Shown here one piece after another: positions 12,601-23,674 of a DNA stretch of 64,000 nucleotides. Source of the stretch: Styela clava (lineage: Eukaryota); assembly GCF_964204865.1 (NCBI RefSeq), contig NC_135253.1:17050001-17114000 (forward strand), given 5' to 3'. Position numbers and translations under genes: made by a program. Below the pieces are notes generated by a model. The model was not told the origin of the DNA. It saw only the letters and a program-made list of their open reading frames with translations, and searched no databases. Every line of letters begins with the position of its first letter. Within the stretch, counting starts at the first letter, position 1.

Positions 12601-15600
12601 TATCTCAAAAATTAGTATGGAGCAATTACTGTAGTTTATCAGCGACTTCACTGAAGTGAAAATAATGTTCTATATTGAAAACCAGCTGCGTAAACTGTAA
12701 CTGAAAAATATTTTGTTTTGCAAGTGACTATACATTGAATGGTAATTTCAGCATAGTATCGGAAACACTCACCTTTCTTATATTAGTCAATGGAATATCA
12801 ATATAATCTGCGCTCGGTGCAGCAGGTTGAGCAGACGATGAGGCAGTGGCTGTCTTAGCAGATGCAGGTTGTTGTGCTGCAACTTTAGGTGCTTTCTCCA
12901 AATACAAAAGAACATCTTGCTGTCTCACTCGTCCACTAGGACCAGACCCTAAAATATGTACTAATTGAGTAAAACAAATAGAAAATTATGCATGTAAATC
13001 GATGCATTAAAAAAAATTATAAAAAAAAAATTTAAGCTGGTAGCAAGCCGGAGTTTCATTTTAAATGAAGAATGTGTCAGCTCTCACATAGGTGGAATCA
13101 GTGATACAATGTCGATCAAATTTATAATTAACTTGAACACTGATTTCTTTTCAAGAGAATTTTTTTCGAAAACAATCTCAGTCAGGAGTAAAGATCATCT
13201 TTGAGCAACGTTGAGTTTGAGCCCTGAATATCAAGAGCTACTAAAACTACCTATATATAATTATCGTGGTACACAATCTGACAGCAAATGTGGATTGTTG
13301 CGAGACTTGGATCAAGATCTCTATAGCGGTTATAAAAATAGAATGTTGGTTTATCAAGAAAATTTGAAATAAGCCAAGGATATGATGCTTTATACGAAGA
13401 CAATGCATGAACCTTTTCATACCTTGAACTTGAGATAAATCCACTCCTTTATCAATTGCAAGTTTTCTAGCAAGAGGACTGACAAATACTCTTCCTTCAG
13501 ACTTCTTTGGAGCTGGTTGAAATGGAGCAGGTTGAGTAGGAACAGGAGGTGGAACTTTGTGAGCTTCTGGGGTTGCTGGAGCAGGCGTAGGAGGTGCTGC
13601 AGCTGATTCTGGTGTAGTTGTCCCTAAAATAGGCAATAAAATCGTACATAAAAAATGAAAATATGTGGTTGCTGATTGTACATAACTAGTTAGAAAATAT
13701 AAATGAAGCGATAAAACCAATACTAGTTATTAGAAGTGTCACCACAAATACAAAACAGCAATGCCCAAAAAGATGGACACAAATGTTCAATAACTTACTG
13801 TGGCACTGGTAACGGTCATGTAATAAAATGCAAAAAAGGGGTAGTTAAAATGAAAAATGAGGTGATTCACAAATTGTTACAGCAATTTAGAAAAGGTAGC
13901 TTCCTAGCCAGACATCTTTCAACTTTTCATGTTGGCTCTCGAAAAAGTTTGAATTTTGATTCATATAATCTACTGCAATCTTGTAAAAATGGCGAATACA
14001 ATACATACCTTGATCAACAAAGCTAGCAAAAGCAGCAACATCTGATTCATTTTCGACTTGAATACATAACAATGTTCCCAATGGAATATCTTTTGTTCCT
14101 TCTGACACAATTATTTTGGCAATAAATCCTGTATGATATAAAAATAACATATAGCTTACTTATTCAATACAAATTGATTACATTTGTAGAAATTAAGAAA
14201 AACAGAAAACAAATCAGCTTTTTATAGAGTAATTGTAAATTAAGAGATGAACAGGAATGTATTCAATTTCACTAATCCAGGATAATTTAGGACGTTTTTG
14301 TTTGAAAAATGAGGATTAGGAGATATTTTTGTTTAAAAAATCATTATTTGGAGATTTTGACATCTTACAATCAGACAAAAATAGACTTCGATCTCTTCGT
14401 GTATATAATGATTAACAAGCTCCTTAATAAGGAACATGGCCCAATTTTACATATATTCTACATCCCATATTCTAAAACATTATTATCTAAATGGTGAATT
14501 ATCCGTTAAGCTATGTTAAAAGATTTATGAGCCTTGCTCAACATTGTGACAAAATTTTTTCAAGTGTCACCTTCATTTTCTGCTTCCATTGCCATTGTTG
14601 CTTTATCAGTTTCAATATCAGCCAACAAATCACCTTCCTCTACTTTATCTCCTTCTTGCACTGCCCACCTGCATGCAAATGAGAAAAATTGTATTCGATT
14701 TTCTAATTTCCCAAATTTTACTGCATAGTTGTTCTCGTGACATTGTGACTTGAAGTGCTTCATCCAGGAATAGAATTTTACTACCTGGCTGTCAAATTCA
14801 TTAAATCAAACATTATTTACAACAACCAGTCTACATGTTGATTGTATCAAATTAGTATTAACTTATCATTTAGCATTCTGGCTCAATTTTTATGAGAATA
14901 CAACCTAAGAAATATCCTAAACAAGAAAGCCTAATAATTCAAAATGAAAATAATCTACTTGGCAATAGTTCCAGTGGTCATAGTTGGTGACAATGCTGGA
15001 AGTGAAATTCGTTCATGTCGAGGATAAGAGGTTGTTGACTGTGGTGATTGGGACGTAACTGGAGCTGTTGGACTAGCGGCTGGTGGTGCGGCACTACCTG
15101 AAGCTTGATCTATAAAAAAATATAATATCATTAAATAGTCATTCAAAAGTCACATGTTATCAATGAAATTGAAGTCAGTTCATTTCGAATTCATAATATC
15201 CAGTATACTACATTCACAAATACCAGAAGATTCCTTGCTACCACTGTCCTCCATAACAGCACAAAAATGAAAAGTCAAGAGCTGCTCAATAAACTAAAAC
15301 CAAGTGCAATTTTATACTGTCGCGTTTGAATTCCATGAAAATTCGCTACAGGAAAAAACATTTTAATGCAGAAATTTTAGCAAAAACCAACGACAGAAAT
15401 GAGTTTCGCTCACTGGCCGTCCCACACAATTGAATCATAATATTATTGAGGCAAAATAGCTCAATATTACACATCTATAGTAAGGTCAGATGTCCTTCTT
15501 TCCGGGCATTCTTGAAAACGGAGAACTGTGCCATACTTTGATTTTAAAGTCATTTAAAAAGGGGAACTGGATAAACTCAAGTGGATTCTGAGAAATCCAA

Positions 15601-16172
15601 TCCACCAATATTCATCATGCATCTCCATCAATAAAAATATGAAATATTATCACATAGATACCTGGAGTAAAATCTTTGAACGCAGCTATATCCTCTTCAT
15701 TATCAACTGATATTGCGATGAGAGTTCCGAGAGGTACTTCCTTTGTTCCCTCAGGCACCAATATCTTGGCAATATATCCTTCATCTTGCGCTTCAAATCC
15801 AACTGTTGCTTTATCAGTCTCTATTTCAGCAAGAAGATCTCCAGGTTCAAAATGATCACCTTCCTTTAGTACCCAACTTGCAATGGTACCCATTTCCATC
15901 GTCGGAGAAAGTGCAGGGAGATCAATTTTTGTGTATGATGGGAGTGAATAAAATCGAACATGACAAGTGAATGGAGAATAGTGCATGTTTGAAGTTCTCC
16001 ACATGACATGGTTTTGTGTATGAAATCTGTTGGCATCTTGGATAGATTTATTAGCAATGTGCAAACTTCTTGTGCTCAGTAGACGACTGGTTATTATGTG
16101 ATTGGATGGTTTATTGACGATGAAACGCAGTGAAGCCTTCACACATCTTGTGGTACTTGCACTGCGTAGCAT
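9616..16172 (-). CDS. DLAT: Pyruvate dehydrogenase E2 (dihydrolipoamide acetyltransferase) with two lipoyl domains, ~11 coding exons; non-coding first exon near 17360-17480
   Basis: Mitochondrial presequence; two LPALSPTM..(E/D)IETDKAT lipoyl domains; [12 protein letters not shown]3-binding domain; catalytic [23 protein letters not shown] and [26 protein letters not shown]. Confidence 0.97.
10487..10757. mobile_element. Degenerate MITE in a DLAT intron
   Basis: Inverted ends CAGAACTGTGGAGT..AATCCATAGCTCTG and internal GACTCC repeats. No TSD recovered. Confidence 0.45.
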
Positions 16173-16999
16173 GTTGAATGTTCCTTAAGTGAACTCCAAG
16201 TCTATGTAGTAAATTTAAAACATAACTGTATAAAAGATATTTGTGGATCATGAAAATTTTAACACCTGGTCAGATTACAACTACTGAACTGAACTAAATT
16301 AAAAATGAATAATATAGCCTAGTCATGCATGTGGATAGTACAACCTGAATCATAGCTTCTGAGCTTGGTGTAAAATCTCCAATACTGCCAATATCCAGTT
16401 AAGATGACTGCATTTGTCTACGAATTTCAATTTTAGAATTCAATGACTGAATGAGGTGCGCTGATATTGATATCTAATTTACTTGACACATCAGTCAGTG
16501 GTAGGGTTACCATATTTTTTTGACTTCAAAGCGGGACGCCTCCAAAAATACGACCCCTTAGCTGTGATCCTGTAACTGTACAGTTTTCGATTTTACTACA
16601 TAGGCCTACATTTAAAGCTACCCTAACTGTCTTTGTTGACCATATTGTCATCGAGAGTTCATGCACATATTTTCTGTCTAAATATTGGGTTCAGTTCGAA
16701 AAATAGAAAGGAATAGACGCTAACGATACAAATGATCCGAATTTAGATTTTTTGTGTACAGCAAGAGGAATAAAGAATAATGACATAGTCTGCCGTTTTC
16801 AAGCATTAAGAATTTACTTATTCGCCCAACCATGCTTTTCTGTAGATAACACCTTCAAAAAGACGTTGTTCAAATTTACATTAACGTGAATGACCGAACA
16901 GGACCAATTAGAATTGATTTTACATGTGATACGTTCGCTAACAATTTTAGCGGCAAACAATGAAACAAACAAAATAACGCATTCACCTTCAGTAAGTAC

Positions 17000-17790
17000 A
17001 GAAGTAAGCTAACGTTGCGCTAGACTACCGGTAGGTTTTCAAATTTCAAATCACATTGAAATCAAGTTAATGTCAACACACAGAGCTCCGGTTACTGCTT
17101 TTTGTCTTTTCACCTCTTATGTATGTATACGGTAATATCAGATAGTCTACTACCATACAATCACTACGGTACCGGTACTGCACTGGAGAAGCAACAAATA
17201 CTAATTTGAAAAATGTAAATTGATTACATTCAACATTGGACTCTACACATACAGACATATTCGAAATCTTATTTAATCTCAACATATAAATTCGAGACCA
17301 GAGAGTACTGGAGTACCGGGTATTTTAAATCAATGAATCGAACGACAGAACGAGCTTACCCTTTTGTGAAACTAACTTCTGCTTCGTTGTTTTGTGTTGC
17401 GTTTTAGTCAGAGAAGAGAGTGACCTTACTATGGGAAAGCAAATACGAAGCACGCAGTAATATTCCGCGACATGGCGCAATGGAATCAAAAAAAAAACAA
17501 ATGTGACCAATGTAAACTTTGAACTGTTTCAACACAGTCCCGAGAAACGCCAGTTCCTAATTCTGATATTTGAATCGCCACTGCGTATATCATTAATAAT
17601 AGGCGCCTATAAATTAAGAACTGTAAACACTACGTGCTACAATCTCCTCGTCCATGAAAGGCCACTTATGATTAATCCTACCGCTGGTACCGGTACGAGC
17701 AAAAGATAATGCAGTGGACATTTGAGTTTTTTTCTTGGAATAGGTACCGGTATCATTCGTGATTGAATGGTTAATTAATTGTTATTCAAG
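17000..17790. promoter_or_regulatory. Bidirectional promoter region DLAT/METTL4
   Basis: Head-to-head genes and CpG-rich sequence. YY1-like ACATGGCG at ~17470; minus-strand donor gg|gtaagc at ~17358; four TACCGGTA palindromes. Confidence 0.65.
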
Positions 17791-18990
17791 ATGTCTATTA
17801 TAAAGCACAAGGGGAATGGAATTTTAGTAGACCATGGCAAGTTCACAAAAGAGATATATCGAGGTTGCAGAGCACAGTCACAAAATTCTATTTCTAGTGA
17901 GTTCACACATGTCAAACTGGCTTACAAGGACATTTACTTTGGAATACAATCTCCACACCTCAGTCGAGAAAAAGACACACTTACCTCAAGGAGATGCAAA
18001 AAAAGAAAACTGCCTGAAAACGAAGAAGAAGTGTCTGCAAAAATGTATCACTTAACAGTATCACCAATGTTGCAGGAGATGACTAAAAACTTGGCATTGG
18101 AACTTGCAAATGAAAATAATTCATTGTGTGAACAACAATCCCAAAAATTATTGGAAGATTTCAGTCCAAAATGTACTATATGCTCTGATCTGTGTAGAAA
18201 CCTTTGCCTTTCATCAATCTTGAAAAATGCGAGTAACATAGCGATCACTGGGAATGATCCGATTCACTTAGCAAAAAATGATGCAGATGGCAAACTTGTC
18301 AGGTATATTGGTGAAACACCGAGAACTATATGTTTCAGTAATGAAGTGTACCTGCTCCCAACTCAGTGCACTTTTTTATTGTCGGAGTTGGGAAATATGG
18401 AACCTCTAATAAGACATAGTATGAAATCTGGTGGTTTTAATATAATTGTAATTGACCCACCATGGGAGAATAAATCTGCTAAAAGAGGCAGTAAATATCC
18501 ATGGTTATCACTCAAGGAAATATTAAGTGTTCCTCTAGACAAGCTAATGGATGAGAACTGCCTTGTGTTCGTATGGGTTACGAACAAACAGAAATATCAT
18601 AAATTTATCAGGAATGATCTATTCCCGAAATACAACATCCACTTTACATGTGAATGGCACTGGGTTAAAGTGACCACTCAAGGTCAACCTGTGTTTGACT
18701 TTGATTCTGTACATAAGCGACCATACGAAACTATCATTATTGGACAGACATGGAAACACAAGTGCAATGAAAAACATATCGAGCCCACAGTAATTACAAG
18801 TGTTCCGTGCACTATACATTCCCATAAGCCACCACTTGATAAGATCATTAGGACGTTAGTGACAGATTTTCCTAACCCTAAATGTCTAGAGCTCTTTGCT
18901 CGCAATCTCCTGCCAAAATGGACAAGTTGGGGTAATGAGGTATTAGAAATGCAGCATATCAAACATTTTCAAGCTAAAAACCAAAATTAA
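17791..18990 (+). CDS. METTL4: MT-A70 family N6-adenine methyltransferase, intronless CDS
   Basis: Catalytic IVIDPPWENKSAKR, plus VWVTNKQK, WHWVKVT, HKRPYE, SVPCTIHSHKPPL and LELFARNL..WTSWGNEVL. First ATG is at 17791; the track's TTG start is not used. Confidence 0.95.
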   Translation: MSIIKHKGNGILVDHGKFTKEIYRGCRAQSQNSISSEFTHVKLAYKDIYFGIQSPHLSREKDTLTSRRCKKRKLPENEEEVSAKMYHLTVSPMLQEMTKNLALELANENNSLCEQQSQKLLEDFSPKCTICSDLCRNLCLSSILKNASNIAITGNDPIHLAKNDADGKLVRYIGETPRTICFSNEVYLLPTQCTFLLSELGNMEPLIRHSMKSGGFNIIVIDPPWENKSAKRGSKYPWLSLKEILSVPLDKLMDENCLVFVWVTNKQKYHKFIRNDLFPKYNIHFTCEWHWVKVTTQGQPVFDFDSVHKRPYETIIIGQTWKHKCNEKHIEPTVITSVPCTIHSHKPPLDKIIRTLVTDFPNPKCLELFARNLLPKWTSWGNEVLEMQHIKHFQAKNQN

Positions 18991-19209
18991 ATCGATGATG
19001 CAGATATGATAATACAGTCTGGGTTTCTCTCTCATACAATAATAGTCATTAAGAATTATCACAGATGTAGCATTTAAAATGTTATACCACAGGTTGATTT
19101 CCCTGCTCTACAGAGCTATGACAAATAAAAAAAATATTCAAGTGTATATGAACTTTTTTTTTAATTAAGAGTCGCATTCACAGTGTATTGATCCAATAAT
19201 GCTAAATTG

Positions 19210-22200
19210 TTAGAGATTGTGAGATTTTTTATGTTTTAGAATTTCTACTGCACTCAGATTCAAATTTCTATTACATGTATCACACCAATAATGTTTTATC
19301 AAGCTATGACTGGCTTTGCTCACAATCATGTCCTCTTCAGGACGCAAAGTGGATGATGAACCAGAATCAGGTGAACACACAACTTGATGTTGAAGTCTAT
19401 CGAGAGTCGTTGCTTTCATCTCACATTCACATTCTTCACAAGTCCATTGTTTTTCTATAAAATCTTTATTTTTCTTCAAATTTGCAGAGGAATTTGAGCA
19501 ACTGATGCGGTCGTATATAAGATATGGTGTTATTACAACACCAGATTTAACTTCAGTTGGTGGTACAGGATTCTCTAATGATTCTAAGCTTTCTGGACTA
19601 GCATAAAGGTTTTTCTTTTCTGTTGATGTTAGACGACACATTGTGTATTTTACTTTGCTCGCCAGAAAATCTTCCATCTTTTCGGATAAAGTTGATTTTA
19701 AATCGCTGATCATTTTTCCACTTAATTTAGCTTGTTCAGAAAGTTTCAATTTTAGTAAGTCTTCCCACGTCCGTCTTAATCTGATCATAGAGAAAAGAGT
19801 ATTTTTTGCATCATGTCTATCTTTTATGATAAATTCTAACCAACAGTCACATACTATCCTGCAGCAATCAGAGCTCACATCCACACTTTGTGCAAACAAT
19901 AAAAAGCTTTGCAATCCTGGGATGCGAAGCGTGTTGCATAGGTAAGGCTTTTTTGTTTCAAGAAGATTTACATAAGCCAGGAGTTGGTGCTTGTTAGAAA
20001 CAAGGCCACGATTGGTTTTAATTGTAGTTTCACTTCCACGGCTTGTATAAGGATCTAAAATATCTACATTATTGGCGAAATAACTAGTAGGATGAAGTGT
20101 AATGAAAGGCTTATTCGCAGTGTGGTAAATCAAGTTACCAGATCCTTCATATGAGTTATGTTCATCGGCAATAGCAAACTGCGGATACAAGCTGGAACAC
20201 AGGATAAGCTTAAACACATCTATCTCCCGCTTGCTTAATTTTTGTAAATCAGGGGTTGATGTTGCCAGTTTTTCAGCATCATTAGTGATATTAAACTTAA
20301 GATCATGGATGTCTACTTTATCATCATCATCACTGTCATTTTGTGCTGCCCCAATCTTCAATCTTTTTGGACGTCTGGTGTCCATCATCTGCTTAGCTCG
20401 TACTTTACGAAAGCTTTTTCTATCAGAATGTTTTTGTTTTCTTTCATAACTAGTCTCCCCTCTCTTTTCACTTTCTTTTTCAAGAAGCAATGTATTGTTT
20501 TCTAAATGCATTCGAAATTGCCTTTTTAAATTCACAGCTTCATAAAACCTCTGTTCTTCCAAACATCTTCTTTTACACCATTTCCTACTGTTGATTTTCT
20601 TTTCACCTTTAATTTTGATCCACTCAATAAAAGTATTGAGAAGAGTGATGGGATCACCATGGTCTGATTCTAATGATTTTCTACGATCAGTTGCGTCTAA
20701 ATTTTTGTATGCATTATAAGTGAAAGGTGATTGTACACTCAATATCGCTGCTGCTAATATAACAAGGTCTGTCATGTCAAATAATGTTCCCATTATAAGC
20801 AATTTCCCCATTGCAATGTCAAGTGGAAGTTCAGCAAGAACTTTACCAATAGGGGTCAGGTTTTCATCCACATCCAATGCAGCCTGAGCTTTTAGAACCT
20901 CAATATAATTCTCTATTGCATGTGCAGCAGGTGGTTCAATGAAGGAAAATTTCCTAATTTGTTCTATGCCCATACTCTTCATTTGTAGAATTAAATTGGC
21001 AAGAGGAAGGCGATGAATTTCTGGTACAGTGTAAGGAATTAATGCTTCATAGTCATCTTCTGAGAAAAGTCTAAAGCACACACCAGGTCCTGTACGGCCA
21101 GCACGACCTTTACGCTGTTCCGCACTGGCTCTACTGACCCAACATTCCTTCAGCAATTGCATTTTACTGTGATCATCATAGCTCATCTCTTTTACTCTAC
21201 CTGAATCCGCAACAAATCTTATTCCATCTATAGTCACAGATGTTTCAGCTATATTAGTTGAAAAGATACATTTTCTTACGCCATCAGGGGCAATATCAAA
21301 AACTTTGTCTTGGTCACTGATAGACAACGTACTATGAAGACACAAAATAATCCATCTCCCTGATTGATCAGCATATTTCTGAGCAGCTTCTGCCACAGTT
21401 GAAATCTCAGTGATACCACTCAGAAAAACCAATAGATCACCATGCTCTGATGTGGGATATTTCTTATCAATCAACTCCATAATTCGAACATATGGTTGAG
21501 GGTTAATGTTCCCAGTCGCAGTAACTTTTTCTTCAATTGGTATGGGATGATATTTCATTTTTATGGGGTAAAGTCTTCCTGGTACTTGTATGACTGGAGC
21601 ATTTTCAAAATAGTCCTTAAATAGTTTCAAATTGATTGTAGCAGACATGAGTACCACCTTCAAGTCTTGTCTTTGAAGCAAAACATTTTTAAACATTCCG
21701 AGCAAAAAGTCTGATTGCAAATGTCTCTCATGGACTTCGTCTAATATTATAACAGAGTACTGACTTAATGTGGTGTCATTTTGCATCTGCCTCAACAAAA
21801 GTCCTTCAGTCAAAAATAAAATTTTAGTTTGGGAAGTTTTCGTTCCATCAAATCTAATTTTATATGCAACTAAAGATCCAAATTGATTTAATGTCTCATA
21901 CCCCACACGTTTTGACAGAGAAATTGCTGCAATTCTGCGGGGTTGTGTACATGCAATCTGGTCAAACCCACTCGCCAGTAAATATTGTGGTACTTGAGTA
22001 GATTTACCGCATCCAGTGTCGCCAGCAACAATTACAACTTGATTTTCTTTTACTGCGTTTATAATTTCGCTACGGTGAGCTGCAATTGGTAGATTGTCTT
22101 GTTGTAATTTTAGTTTCTTTAATTTTTGAAAATTTAGTTTTTGATTAAAATCAAAATATTTTTGTAATGCATCATAAAATTCTTTAATGCGTTGTTCCGA

Positions 22201-22440
22201 TATGCCATGTCTTTTTCCAAGTGATATATATTCCTTTAGATTTCCATTGTCAAAATTGTAATCTTTAGATTTTTGTGTTTGACCATTCTGACCCATCTTC
22301 TTTTTCCTATATTCCAAATATCTCAAGAAAAATTTCCAGAAATCAAAATACTGTTCACTATGATATCGAATAAGGTCTGTATCCTTGAAAAATATGTCAC
22401 CCAATTCGGTTTTATATCCTTTCCAGTCAAAGACCTCCAT
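19210..22440 (-). CDS. DHX34: DEAH-box RNA helicase of NMD, intronless 1076-aa CDS; 5'UTR intron ~22470-23049
   Basis: AGDTGCGKSTQVPQYLL, DEVHERH, MSAT and QRKGRAGRTGPGVCFRL. DHX34-specific SDHGDPITLLN and LLETKKPYL; two C-terminal Cys/His knuckles. Confidence 0.95.
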   Translation of the reverse strand: MEVFDWKGYKTELGDIFFKDTDLIRYHSEQYFDFWKFFLRYLEYRKKKMGQNGQTQKSKDYNFDNGNLKEYISLGKRHGISEQRIKEFYDALQKYFDFNQKLNFQKLKKLKLQQDNLPIAAHRSEIINAVKENQVVIVAGDTGCGKSTQVPQYLLASGFDQIACTQPRRIAAISLSKRVGYETLNQFGSLVAYKIRFDGTKTSQTKILFLTEGLLLRQMQNDTTLSQYSVIILDEVHERHLQSDFLLGMFKNVLLQRQDLKVVLMSATINLKLFKDYFENAPVIQVPGRLYPIKMKYHPIPIEEKVTATGNINPQPYVRIMELIDKKYPTSEHGDLLVFLSGITEISTVAEAAQKYADQSGRWIILCLHSTLSISDQDKVFDIAPDGVRKCIFSTNIAETSVTIDGIRFVADSGRVKEMSYDDHSKMQLLKECWVSRASAEQRKGRAGRTGPGVCFRLFSEDDYEALIPYTVPEIHRLPLANLILQMKSMGIEQIRKFSFIEPPAAHAIENYIEVLKAQAALDVDENLTPIGKVLAELPLDIAMGKLLIMGTLFDMTDLVILAAAILSVQSPFTYNAYKNLDATDRRKSLESDHGDPITLLNTFIEWIKIKGEKKINSRKWCKRRCLEEQRFYEAVNLKRQFRMHLENNTLLLEKESEKRGETSYERKQKHSDRKSFRKVRAKQMMDTRRPKRLKIGAAQNDSDDDDKVDIHDLKFNITNDAEKLATSTPDLQKLSKREIDVFKLILCSSLYPQFAIADEHNSYEGSGNLIYHTANKPFITLHPTSYFANNVDILDPYTSRGSETTIKTNRGLVSNKHQLLAYVNLLETKKPYLCNTLRIPGLQSFLLFAQSVDVSSDCCRIVCDCWLEFIIKDRHDAKNTLFSMIRLRRTWEDLLKLKLSEQAKLSGKMISDLKSTLSEKMEDFLASKVKYTMCRLTSTEKKNLYASPESLESLENPVPPTEVKSGVVITPYLIYDRISCSNSSANLKKNKDFIEKQWTCEECECEMKATTLDRLQHQVVCSPDSGSSSTLRPEEDMIVSKASHSLIKHYWCDTCNRNLNLSAVEILKHKKSHNL

Positions 22441-23049
22441 GTTTAAGAAATGAAGATATGTTCAAAGTCTGTAAAATATATTAAACAATCAAATTCTGAT
22501 AAGGGAATAGCTAAGTAATAGAACCTGACTCTGTTGATGTGGCAATTTAAATACCTTTGGTCCATACTTTAACCACCACCCTCACCTTAGACATAACAAA
22601 TTGGATGGGGTAGTAACTTAGTGCCTGCTTACATAGACCCTTGTTCCGAGTGAAGGGGTGCAAATGACTAATAAAAAAGAGTAGGTTGTGAGTGAAAGAT
22701 AACAAAATTTTTCGGGGTTTGGATAAAGTGTACAAGTTTATTTTGACCTTATGATCAGCATAATAGGAGATAAAATAATTGATAAAAACAGACTGAAAAA
22801 TTATGTATAGAATTGGGGAGCAAACAAAAACTTGGGGTAAGGTTTAAAGCTGTACAGAATTCAAGTTAGGAGGTTATGCTTAAACGAAGTTGCATTCACC
22901 TAAATTAATTAAAATAGGGAAATTCACACACAAAACCACAGTTGACATCCCTAATACAAAAATATGATTTTTATGCTACCACCACTGTCTGACCGTAGGA
23001 GCCAGACAGTCCTACTGCTCGTTCAGTATGTAATATATCGTTTAGTTAC

Positions 23050-23240
23050 CTGAATACAATGCTCCAAGTACCAGTATATTCAATATCTATAAAATAATTC
23101 TTCTGTTAGTCATGACCGCCAAGCTCAGTCAGCCGCTTTCGATGTTGCAGAATCTGTTGAAAAGAAGGAAGCACCGTTTGCCCGATCCGTCACGTGACCC
23201 GGCTCGCACACGCATGTAATGTTTCATTTGCAGGTGCGAG
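23050..23240. promoter_or_regulatory. Bidirectional promoter DHX34/PIGW
   Basis: Head-to-head genes; CpG-rich patch; perfect E-box palindrome GTCACGTGAC at 23189-23198. Confidence 0.65.
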
Positions 23241-23247
23241 CTGATAG

Positions 23248-23592
23248 GAATATCAGTTTTTTCGTCAGAAAGGCAGTTAAATTTGTCACAGTGGGGCGGC
23301 AACTATGCAAGACCTTCGAGCCACTCATAATGCAGACACTGTAGATGTATTGCTGTATTCTAAATAATTTTTTTTAATTCATATTCTGGACAGCAAATGC
23401 AGATTTAATCAAATATCAGTTTTCTCCGTCAGAAAGGCAGTTATATTTGTCAAAGTGCAGAAGTGGGATGCAAGACCTTTGATCCACTCGTAATGCATAC
23501 CGTATACCGGTATATATAGATTTTTATTTATTATAAGTAATTTTTTTTAATTCATATTTGGATATTATTTTGGACAGCAAATGCATATTTAA
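23248..23592 (+). repeat. Diverged tandem duplication (~165-180 bp x2) upstream of PIGW
   Basis: AATATCAGTTTT..CGTCAGAAAGGCAGTTA..TGCAAGACCTT..CCACTC..TAATGCA..TTTTTTAATTCATATT..GGACAGCAAATGCA is present twice. Confidence 0.85.
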
Positions 23593-23674
23593 ACAGTCAT
23601 GCAATTAATTTAACATTTTGCATTAAACGAAATAGTTGACAATTGGCTACATTGTGCCATTTACGAATCAAATC

